A stretch of 64,000 nucleotides of DNA, from positions 128,001 to 192,000 of the forward strand of contig JBCCHT010000020.1 in the NCBI GenBank assembly GCA_039028615.1. Direction: 5' to 3'. Position 1 is the stretch's first letter. The number at the start of each line of letters is the position of its first letter. Of the stretch, positions 48,086 to 56,694 are shown one piece after another. This DNA comes from Myxococcota bacterium (GTDB lineage: Bacteria > Myxococcota_A > Polyangia > Nannocystales > Nannocystaceae). The notes under the pieces are model-generated. The model did no database searches, had not been told where the DNA came from, and saw nothing but the letters and a program-made list of their open reading frames with translations. Position numbers and translations under genes: made by a program.

Positions 48086-48910
48086 TCACATCGTCTCGAT
48101 CGTCGCCCGGATGCACCAATTGCCCAGGTCGGCCACATCGACGTCCATCACGTCCATCCACCAGGACACGTTGCAGCCGCCCCAGGCGTCGAGCTGAAAG
48201 TACGACGTCTCGTGCACGAACGAGGCTTCGCTCACCGAGACCCCCAGCGCCCCTTCCGGGTTCGGCGAGGCGATGCCTATGCAGATCTCCTGGCGATCGA
48301 TCACCAGGGGAGGATCGAGGGTGATCGTGTTGAGCCCGCGATGTAGCGAGTCCTCGTCGAACTCTTGCTCGGCCAGCAGCGCGCCCGGACCCGTGCCTCC
48401 GTTTTCGCGGACCTGAATGCTCAAGTCGTCGAGATCGCCTTCGAAGCCCCAGACGGAGAACTCGAACTCCCGCAGGACGAAGGGCGTGGGCAGGTCGGCC
48501 TCGAAGCACTCCTGCATCCACTGCTGTTGCCCGGCCGGCTCGTTGATGTCGCCGTACATGATGCACCACAGCGGAAACTCGCAGGCCGAGAAGTCGTGGT
48601 GCTCGAGCACCTGCTGCATCGGCTCTGGCTCGCCCGTGCTGCCCTCGGCTTCGGGCACCGCCCCGGTGGTGGCCGCGTCGCCATCGTCCATGGCCCCGTC
48701 GTCCGCCTCGGCTCCCATGCCCGAGGTGCCGGGCTCGTCCGTGCTCGGATCGCCCGTCTCGTCTTCGATCTCACCCGTGCTCAGGCCGCCCACCACCGTG
48801 GGAACGGGGCCCGTGCCCTGGCTCGCGGAGTAGGGGCTACATGCCGCCGCTCCCAGTCCCGCCGCTGCGATGATCGTCCACCCTGCCGTCCATCGATTGC
48901 CACTGCTCAT
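48086..48910 (-). CDS. Hypothetical lipoprotein
   Basis: AAAC lipobox, acidic linker, C-terminal domain ending GNWCIRATI. Confidence 0.7.
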   Translation of the reverse strand: MSSGNRWTAGWTIIAAAGLGAAACSPYSASQGTGPVPTVVGGLSTGEIEDETGDPSTDEPGTSGMGAEADDGAMDDGDAATTGAVPEAEGSTGEPEPMQQVLEHHDFSACEFPLWCIMYGDINEPAGQQQWMQECFEADLPTPFVLREFEFSVWGFEGDLDDLSIQVRENGGTGPGALLAEQEFDEDSLHRGLNTITLDPPLVIDRQEICIGIASPNPEGALGVSVSEASFVHETSYFQLDAWGGCNVSWWMDVMDVDVADLGNWCIRATIETM

Positions 48911-49324
48911 CGTCGTCGTTGCTCCACACCGCTCGAGTTCCAACGCGCGCCCTCGACCGCCGCCCTCCAACCGCAGCCCACGCCGAAGACGCTCATCACC
49001 GACGGAGATCCGCCACCGCGCGCACGAAACCCGTGAGCTTCGAACGCACCGCGCAGCCGCCCTGCCCATGACGAAGTCACCTCCGGCGGGCGCAATTATT
49101 CAGCTCGACGTCGATTTCGCCGCCCCTGGGGCGCAACGCCATCCCACGGAGCTCGAGGGCGACGCCGCCCACGGCGTGCGTGTTGAACCGGCGCCCCCGG
49201 CCGTGCGCAAGCGCCATGCGCTCGGCTCGCTCTCGGTCCCTGCCACGCTTGCAGGAGCGACGTTCAACGCTAAATACGACGCCGACACGAGCGGCACCAC
49301 AACCGGGTCGCAAGGGATGATGAC

Positions 49325-52300
49325 ATGAGCACGACTACGAGAGCTTCGACGGCCGTCGTTCGCGGAATGCTGGCCTTGGCCCTGACCCTGGGTGCCGGGT
49401 GTACGATCGACGTCGACCCCGGCGAACTCGAGGCCCTGCCGCTCCAGCCGACCGAGCGCTTCGTGACCGGCTCGACGTTTTTCCTGCCGCTGCCCGAGCA
49501 GAGCAAGTGGACGCTCGCCAGCGCGCCCGAGGGCAACCAAAACGAGGTGGTGGCCGGCAACGATGGCTACGCTCGCTTCACGCCGATCGTCCCCGGTGAG
49601 TACGAGTTCGTGGTCGATGCCACCGACGAGCGGCGCACGCTGACCGCCGTCGAGCAGTTCCCCTACGAGCACTTCAACTACTATCAGACCTCGTCGATGG
49701 CGCTGGTCGACGGCCAGCTGTGGGTCGCCAATCTCTTCGATCCCCATATCAGCCGCGTCGACCCCGACAGCGGGCAGGTGCAGGGCACGGTCCGGGTCGG
49801 ACCATGGCCGGTCGCCCTCGCCCATGCCGAAGACCAGGGCGTCGTCTTGGTCGCCCACAAGGCGGGAGACACCGTCGGCTTCGTCGACACGGCCGAGGGA
49901 ATCCTGCTCGACTCCGTGTGGGTCGGTGACGAGCCGGCGGAGATCAAGGTCTCGCCCGATGGCGCCACCGCTTACGTCAGCCTCGCCACCGAGGACGCGA
50001 TCGCCGTGGTCGACGTGCCGAGCCGCTCCGTCGTCGGCCGGGTCGAGACCAACGCCAACGCCACGTCCATGGCGCTGTCCGACGACGGCCGCACGCTATT
50101 CGTGGCCAGCTACCGCTCGGGGGTCGGCGACCGGCAGATCTTCGACGCCGACGAGCGAGCCGATCGTTTCGACATCGCGGTCGTCGACACCGAGACCCTC
50201 GAGGTCACCGACTACATCCCCTCCGTGGGCGCGACCATCGGGGGCCTGCTCCTCGACGCGGGCGTCCTCTATGTCGCCGCGACCCGCGTCGCCCTCGAAG
50301 AGCTGTCCCCCCTCAACGAGGACAGCCGCGCCTTCCAGCACGTGGTGGCCGCCTACGACACGTCCATGCTGACCGAGATCGCCTCGGCCGACATCGGGCG
50401 TCAGGCCAGCGCGCCCGACTTCGCGGTGCGCCCCTTCGGGATGACGATGGCCGGGGACACCCTGTGGGTCACCACCGAGGGCTCCGACCTCGTGGTGGGC
50501 CTGAGCCCCGCGGACCTGACCGAGAGCACCCGCTTCTCCGCCGCCGGGCGGCCCCGCACCATCACCTCCGACGGCAACCGCCTCTTCGTCCATGGTGCCC
50601 AGGGCTACACGGTGACCATGGCGGACGACGTGGGCAACGTGACCGGCACCGCGCAGCTGAGCGGCGACCCGCGACCGGCTGGCGTCGCCGTGGGCCAGGC
50701 GATCTACACGGGCGTCGGCGAGCGCGGCGGCAACAACCACAGCTGCGCCGACTGCCACGTCGACGGCCTCACCGACGGCAACGTCTGGAACGCCGGCTTC
50801 TCGCTGTCCGCCAGCCGCCCGATGTTCTGGATGGAGGGCACCTCCCCCATCGGCTGGGAGGGCGACGCCTACGACCTGCGCTCCTACCTGTTCGGCAGCC
50901 CCGCGCCCACCATCGGCATCATCCCCAGCACCGAGTCACTCAACGGCGTCTACGACTACCTCGCCGCCTTCGTGCCTCCGCCCGCGGCCAACGGCTGGAC
51001 GGAGCGCGACGGCAGCCTCACCGAGGACGGCCTGCGCGGCAAGGCGCTGTTCGACGGCCAGGGCAACTGCGCCAGCTGTCACGCCGGCCCCCTCACCACC
51101 CAGGGCCTGCGCCTGCCCAACGGCGGCACCGACGACGCGCACCCCATCGTCGTCCCCAGCCTGGTGGGCTCCTATCGCCACACCTTCTGGCTGGTGAACG
51201 GAGCCGCGCGCACGCTCGAAGAGGCGGTGGTGGCCATGCTCCCGCTGTCGAACACCACCCTGACCGACGACGAGGTCGTCGACGTGGCCCAGTACCTGCG
51301 CGAGCTGACCGCCCGCGAGTTCTTCGTGCTGTCCACCACCCCGAACACCGGGGCGCAGCAGGCCCGCAACGACGGGCCGATCCTCGCCACGATGTCGCAC
51401 CCGGTCTTCGACGACCCCGACAACCTCGCCCGCGTCGGCCTGCGCTCGGAGCAAGGTGACACCGTCGACATCGAGGTCGAGGCGGAGGGCCGTCGCCTCA
51501 CCATCACCCCCGCCGCCGCGCTCGACCCTGGCCTGCGCTACGAGCTGGTCTTCGCCGAGGACTTCGAGGCCTTTGCGGGGTGGACCCTGGGCGCCGAGTC
51601 GACCCACGCGTTCACCGTCGCGGCTGCGCCCGCGCTGCGGCTCGAGGGCGACTACATCATTACCGTCGAGCACCCCAACATCGACCAGGAGCTCGGCCGC
51701 TACGACGACAGCGTGACCTTCTCGATCCCGCTGGCCATGACCGCCAACCCCACCAGCTACGGCGCGGTGCTCGACAACCAGCCCACCGAGAACATCGAGT
51801 GGAGCTATGACGTCGTCGTCGCAGGGGACGTGGCCCATTTCCCGCCCTTTGCGTTCCCCGCGGGGCCCGACGGCTTCCTGAACCGCAGCTTCCCCTCCGA
51901 GATCACCCTCGTCGACGACGATGGCGACGGCGTGGCGGACAGCGGCTCGAGCACCCTGTTCTTCCGCAGCCCCGGGCTCGAGGCCAACGACGTGCGCTGG
52001 ACCATCGAGCGGCCCGGCGAAGCGCCGACCGGCTGCGACGGCCAAGAAGGTGACAACCCGATCGACCTCACCGTCGACGACGCGGGCCGCCCCACCATCG
52101 ACTGGAGCGCCGACACGGAGGGCCTGGGCTACTACGTGACCGATCCCGACGCCGTGCCGCCCATGGGCCCCGGCCCGGTCACGGGCGGCGAGACCTACTG
52201 GGCCGTCGGCACCGCGGCCTTCCCCGATGGTTTCCGCGGACCCGTGGTGTACGGCGAGGTGCCCGAGGGCGGCGTCGATGCCAGCGAGGACAGCGATGCG

Positions 52301-52405
52301 CCCGCGGGTGGAGCCGAGCTACCCCCGAGCACGTGCATCAAGCTGACGGTGATCTTCACCGACTTCAGCACCACCACGCTGCGCTACGAGACCCCGGCCG
52401 GCTGA
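49325..52405 (+). CDS. Lipoprotein: YVTN beta-propeller + di-heme cytochrome c + Ig-like domain
   Basis: GAGC lipobox; VGPWP and VGDEP repeats; CADCH and CASCH; Big_5-like segment. Confidence 0.85.
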   Translation: MSTTTRASTAVVRGMLALALTLGAGCTIDVDPGELEALPLQPTERFVTGSTFFLPLPEQSKWTLASAPEGNQNEVVAGNDGYARFTPIVPGEYEFVVDATDERRTLTAVEQFPYEHFNYYQTSSMALVDGQLWVANLFDPHISRVDPDSGQVQGTVRVGPWPVALAHAEDQGVVLVAHKAGDTVGFVDTAEGILLDSVWVGDEPAEIKVSPDGATAYVSLATEDAIAVVDVPSRSVVGRVETNANATSMALSDDGRTLFVASYRSGVGDRQIFDADERADRFDIAVVDTETLEVTDYIPSVGATIGGLLLDAGVLYVAATRVALEELSPLNEDSRAFQHVVAAYDTSMLTEIASADIGRQASAPDFAVRPFGMTMAGDTLWVTTEGSDLVVGLSPADLTESTRFSAAGRPRTITSDGNRLFVHGAQGYTVTMADDVGNVTGTAQLSGDPRPAGVAVGQAIYTGVGERGGNNHSCADCHVDGLTDGNVWNAGFSLSASRPMFWMEGTSPIGWEGDAYDLRSYLFGSPAPTIGIIPSTESLNGVYDYLAAFVPPPAANGWTERDGSLTEDGLRGKALFDGQGNCASCHAGPLTTQGLRLPNGGTDDAHPIVVPSLVGSYRHTFWLVNGAARTLEEAVVAMLPLSNTTLTDDEVVDVAQYLRELTAREFFVLSTTPNTGAQQARNDGPILATMSHPVFDDPDNLARVGLRSEQGDTVDIEVEAEGRRLTITPAAALDPGLRYELVFAEDFEAFAGWTLGAESTHAFTVAAAPALRLEGDYIITVEHPNIDQELGRYDDSVTFSIPLAMTANPTSYGAVLDNQPTENIEWSYDVVVAGDVAHFPPFAFPAGPDGFLNRSFPSEITLVDDDGDGVADSGSSTLFFRSPGLEANDVRWTIERPGEAPTGCDGQEGDNPIDLTVDDAGRPTIDWSADTEGLGYYVTDPDAVPPMGPGPVTGGETYWAVGTAAFPDGFRGPVVYGEVPEGGVDASEDSDAPAGGAELPPSTCIKLTVIFTDFSTTTLRYETPAG

Positions 52406-52425
52406 GCCCGCCCGACGTCGTCACC

Positions 52426-52459
52426 ACGCCCGCTCGTCGATGCATCGGCGGGCGGGCGT
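52426..52459 (+). terminator. Hairpin between convergent genes
   Basis: ACGCCCGCTCGTCGAT/ATCGGCGGGCGGGCGT followed by a T-rich tail. Confidence 0.6.
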
Positions 52460-52475
52460 TCGTTCGTGGTTTCGG

Positions 52476-52742
52476 CTACCCACCGTCGACGATCTCGTAC
52501 TCCACGAGCCATTCGCTGCCATCGGGGAGCGTGTACGAGAACTCGGCGATGCCCTGCCCGACGTGGACGAGGATCTCGGCGCCCACCAGCTCGGGGCGTT
52601 TGTCCGATTCGTAGACCACGAAGCGGCCCCCCTGGAAGGGCCGCGGCTCATCGCACGACTCCTCGTGACAGGCCGTCGCCCCCACGAAGACGCCCAGCAT
52701 GAGGCTCCCGATCACGGTGAAGAGCTTGCCCGCGCGATTCAT
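52476..52742 (-). CDS. Small hypothetical lipoprotein
   Basis: Signal peptide with ATAC lipobox; ATGA overlap with the upstream gene. Confidence 0.65.
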   Translation of the reverse strand: MNRAGKLFTVIGSLMLGVFVGATACHEESCDEPRPFQGGRFVVYESDKRPELVGAEILVHVGQGIAEFSYTLPDGSEWLVEYEIVDGG

Positions 52743-53020
52743 GGCACTCGCTCCGCCCGCAGGCGCCCCGCACCGGCGAGGTCGAACTCGAACGATGCCG
52801 TATCCCCATCGTCGTAGGCCCGGATGGCAAACGTCCAGAAGTCTCGCTCGACGCTAGAGTCTCCATCCCCCTCGATGCGGTGCCGATCGAGTTGAAGTTC
52901 TTGGTCGAGAGGGCAACCCAGCGCGGTCGCAACGGGAAGGGTGCGACCGCCCACTACACCCAGGCCGAACGCCAACCCCACCGCGAGAATCCACGCTCGC
53001 TCTACTAAACCGTAAGTCAT
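52739..53020 (-). CDS. Small hypothetical secreted protein or lipoprotein
   Basis: Hydrophobic N-terminus, ALGC. Confidence 0.6.
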   Translation of the reverse strand: MTYGLVERAWILAVGLAFGLGVVGGRTLPVATALGCPLDQELQLDRHRIEGDGDSSVERDFWTFAIRAYDDGDTASFEFDLAGAGRLRAERVP

Positions 53021-53073
53021 AACGCTGGAAGCCTAGCCCGAAATTCCACGAACGTCGGCCCAGCTTCGCGCAT

Positions 53074-53108
53074 AAAAAGGGCGCCGCAGGAGCAAACCCG
53101 CGGCGCCT
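53074..53108 (-). terminator. Rho-independent terminator
   Basis: Minus strand reads AGGCGCCGCGGG-loop-CCTGCGGCGCCC-TTTTT, just after the stop at 53127. Confidence 0.8.
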
Positions 53109-53126
53109 CTCGGTGATGAACGATGC

Positions 53127-56100
53127 CTACGGCACGACGAAGGTGACCGAACCTTGTTGGAAGCTCGTGCTCAACACCGTGGCCTTCACGCATTCACCGG
53201 GCTGGAGCGTGGCCGGTCCTGCGCCACCGCCCACGACCTCCGTCTCGTCCGCAGCGCCCTCGGGCACCACACCGTAGGTCACCGGTCCGCCGAAGCCGTT
53301 CGGGAACATGGCCGCCTGCACGGCCCAGAACACCTCGCCGCCCGTCACCTGCTGCCCTGGGCCCGCGGGCGGGAGGGCATCCGGTCCGATGAAGTAGACC
53401 CCGAGCCCGTCGGGCTCCGCGGAGCCCCAGTCGACGACCGGGCCGTCCTTGGTCCACTCCATGGTCACCGCCAAGTCGCCTTCGCTGCCCTCGTTGCAGT
53501 CGCCCCCCGTGGGTGGGCGGGTCAGTCGCCAGACGATGCCCGACTCGAGGAAGCCGGGGCCGGAGATGGTCACCGTGCCCTCGGCGTAGTCGCCCACGCC
53601 ATCGCCGTCCTCATCCACGAAGGTCGCCTCCAAGCCAGTGCCGTCGGCAAAGCTCGGGCCGATGGGGATCGGCAGCGGCGGGCTCTTGAGCATGTCGCCG
53701 TCGACCACGAAGTCGCGCTCGAGCAGAAGGTCCTGACCGTAGTCGACCACCACCGCCCCGCCCGCGTCGGTGGACGTCGCGGAGAAGTCGACCAAGACCG
53801 CCAGGGTGTTGTCGAGATCGAAGGCCTGCGCCTCCAGGTCGGCGGTGGGCATGTCCACCGTCCAGCGGTATGCCCCGTCGAGCCGCAACGAAGGCGCCGC
53901 CGCGGTCCGCAGCGGGATCTCCCACGCCGTCGGCGGGTCGGCGTCGGGGCTCCACAGCGTGCCCTGGTCGAAGCTCTCGAACGCCGGATCGACGACCACC
54001 GTGTACTCGGTGCCGTGGCTCAGCGCGGAGGTCGGGGTCAGCGTCACATGACGCCCGTCTTCCGAGACCGTTCGGTCGAGCGAGACCTCGGTGCCGTCGG
54101 CCGCCACCAGGGCCACCAGCGCCAAGTTGGCCGCGTCCTGGAACACCGGGTGCGAGAAGATGACCTCGATGCTCTCGTCGGTCGCAATGGCGTCTTCCCC
54201 CGTCCGCGGCTCGCTCGACAGCACGAAGAAGTCGCGCGCTGTCATCTCGAACAGGTAGCGATCGAGCGCCGCCCGCTCGTCCGTGGTCAGCTGGGGATCG
54301 CCGAGGTTGGCGAACACCTCGTCGACCGCCTCGTGCAGCGAGGTCGCCTCGCCGCGCTTGAGCCACACGCCCAGGCGGTAGCTGCCGATGAGGCCGGGGA
54401 TGTCGGTCGTGCCCTCGGTGACCCCCTGGCCGAGCACCGCCCGGGTCGTGGTCAGCGGTAGCGGGTGGCAGCTGGCGCAGTTGGCCTTGCCCTCGTAGAT
54501 CGCCTTGCCCTCGAGCCCCAGCTCGGACAGTGAGCCGTCGCGCTCAGTGAGCCCGTTGGCGGCCGGGGGCGGCATCATCGACGACAGGTAGGCCGACAGC
54601 GCCTGATGCTCGGGCGTCGTCACCCGAATGCCCACGTTCGTGTTCACGGTGAGCGCGTAGTTGTCGATCGAGCTGAGGTACCCGTCCCAGCCCAGCGGGT
54701 AGGTGCCCTCCATCCAGAAGAACGGACGACTGACCTTCTCACCCGAGAAGGGCCCCGCGTTCCACACGATGGTGTCCGAGAGCCCGTCGACATGGCACGC
54801 GTTGCAGGACCAGTTCTGCGCGTACTGACGCCCCGCGCCCGTGAAGTAGGCCTGCCCCGCCGCGACGTCGGTGGGCCGATTGTCCGCGGTCGTCACCGTG
54901 CTGCTCACCTCGTCGAGGCCGCGAATCCGGGTCAGCGACGTGCCCTGCGAGCCGTGGGCGAACACGTCGCCCGTGGTGGGGTCGGCGGTGACGCTGCGCG
55001 GGCGCCCCGGCACGTCCACCCGACCGAGCTCGGCCAGGCTGTCGGGGTCGAGCGCCACCGCCAGGTCCGAGCTCTCGGCCACCACCCACAGCCGCCCGCC
55101 GGCCAGGGTCATGCCGTGCAGCGACACCGCGAAGCCCGGCGAGCTGTCCTGGCGCCCCACGTCGGTCGAGCGCAGCAGGTCGCCCGTGGCCGGGTCGAAC
55201 ACCGCGATCTCGTACATGAAGTTGGCCTCGTCCTCCGCCCCCAGCGAGGCCTCGGTATCGTTGACCAGGCGCGACAGGTAAATTTCGTTGGTGTCCTCGC
55301 GGTACATCAGGTCGGTCAGCGTCGTGCCGACATCGATCCACCAGTCCACCACCTCGGCCGCCTCGGTATCGATGACCGCGATGTCGCGCTCCTCCTCGAT
55401 GGGATCGTCCTCGAAGGGATAGCGGCTCGCCTGCCCCGAGCGATGGCTCGCCACCCACAGCCGGCTGCCGTCGGGCGACAGCGTCATCGCCAGCGGGTCG
55501 GTGCCCACGTCGATCCGCGCCCGTCGTACCCGCGCCTCGAGGTCGACCACCGCCACCGCGTCTTCTCCCTTGAGCGCCACGTAGGCCGTCGTGCCGTCGG
55601 CATCGAGCACCACGTTGGCCGGCTCGTCACCCACCCAGATCGAGTCGATCAGCCGGCCGCTCTCCACGTCGACCAAGCCCAGCGTGTCCCCGCCGCGCTG
55701 GACCACCACCGCGAAGCTCATCCCCTCGCGCCAGCCCACCGACACCGGCCACGGGCCGACCTGAATCTCGGCCACCGGCTGCATCGACGCCGGATCGACG
55801 CGGGTGATCGTCGGCACCTGCACATTGGCCACCCACAGCTCCCCGCCCACCTGCGCCACCGCATGCGACGCGTAGTAGTTGAGGTTGTAGAACGGTCGCT
55901 CCGACGCCGCCACCACGCCCAGCTCCTGCGTGCGCTCCTCGTCGCCGCCGGTCAGCGTCATCGTGTATTGACCGGGCGTCGTGGGCGTCAGCCGCCAATA
56001 ACCATCGGCCCCCGCCACCACCACATCTTCGCTCCCCTCCGGCTGATCGCTCAGCGTCCACCGCAACGCCTCACAGCTGCTGTCCTTGGACACTTCTGGC

Positions 56101-56246
56101 AGGTAGTAGGTCTGACCGACCACAAACCGCTCATCGACCTGCCGCGGGAGCTCGGACTCGAGACATGCATCGGTTTCGACCTGGCAGGCGGGCAGCAAAA
56201 CACCGAACAAAGCCGGCGCCGCGAGAAGGCACGCAAGGCGATTCAT
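53127..56246 (-). CDS. Paralogous lipoprotein: YVTN beta-propeller + di-heme cytochrome c + Ig-like domain
   Basis: LPAC lipobox; CNACH and CASCH; colinear with 49325..52405. Confidence 0.85.
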   Translation of the reverse strand: MNRLACLLAAPALFGVLLPACQVETDACLESELPRQVDERFVVGQTYYLPEVSKDSSCEALRWTLSDQPEGSEDVVVAGADGYWRLTPTTPGQYTMTLTGGDEERTQELGVVAASERPFYNLNYYASHAVAQVGGELWVANVQVPTITRVDPASMQPVAEIQVGPWPVSVGWREGMSFAVVVQRGGDTLGLVDVESGRLIDSIWVGDEPANVVLDADGTTAYVALKGEDAVAVVDLEARVRRARIDVGTDPLAMTLSPDGSRLWVASHRSGQASRYPFEDDPIEEERDIAVIDTEAAEVVDWWIDVGTTLTDLMYREDTNEIYLSRLVNDTEASLGAEDEANFMYEIAVFDPATGDLLRSTDVGRQDSSPGFAVSLHGMTLAGGRLWVVAESSDLAVALDPDSLAELGRVDVPGRPRSVTADPTTGDVFAHGSQGTSLTRIRGLDEVSSTVTTADNRPTDVAAGQAYFTGAGRQYAQNWSCNACHVDGLSDTIVWNAGPFSGEKVSRPFFWMEGTYPLGWDGYLSSIDNYALTVNTNVGIRVTTPEHQALSAYLSSMMPPPAANGLTERDGSLSELGLEGKAIYEGKANCASCHPLPLTTTRAVLGQGVTEGTTDIPGLIGSYRLGVWLKRGEATSLHEAVDEVFANLGDPQLTTDERAALDRYLFEMTARDFFVLSSEPRTGEDAIATDESIEVIFSHPVFQDAANLALVALVAADGTEVSLDRTVSEDGRHVTLTPTSALSHGTEYTVVVDPAFESFDQGTLWSPDADPPTAWEIPLRTAAAPSLRLDGAYRWTVDMPTADLEAQAFDLDNTLAVLVDFSATSTDAGGAVVVDYGQDLLLERDFVVDGDMLKSPPLPIPIGPSFADGTGLEATFVDEDGDGVGDYAEGTVTISGPGFLESGIVWRLTRPPTGGDCNEGSEGDLAVTMEWTKDGPVVDWGSAEPDGLGVYFIGPDALPPAGPGQQVTGGEVFWAVQAAMFPNGFGGPVTYGVVPEGAADETEVVGGGAGPATLQPGECVKATVLSTSFQQGSVTFVVP

Positions 56247-56694
56247 GCCCGCCTATATGAAGCACCGAAACAACGTTGTCCACGGAATCGGGCCCCAAAT
56301 GGGCGTTGATGGCCTCGCACAGCCCCTCGCGCTCCGCGCCCACGCCATGTCGATGCGCGACATCCACCCTCGCCGCGCGCCCGTCGCGGATCCCTCCCTC
56401 TAGATCCGCGGCTCTACCGCAGCGGGAGGTCCGCTATTGAACGCGCGCGGCACGTGCCAACAACCACCTGGATGAACCGACGGCAGCGATGTGCCGAAGA
56501 CGACGATCGAATGTGGTCGAAGTGGTCCATCCAAGAGGCACTCGATCTACGAAACGAGAGGCCAATCTCGAGAGCGCCCAGATCGAAGGCGCAGTGTTCG
56601 ACGGTGCCACCCGGGCTCGGCACGCAGGCCTCGAGACGGCAACCGACCCCCTGGGAGTAGCGAACCTGGTCGCTTCGTCGTGCCCGTCTCGCCG

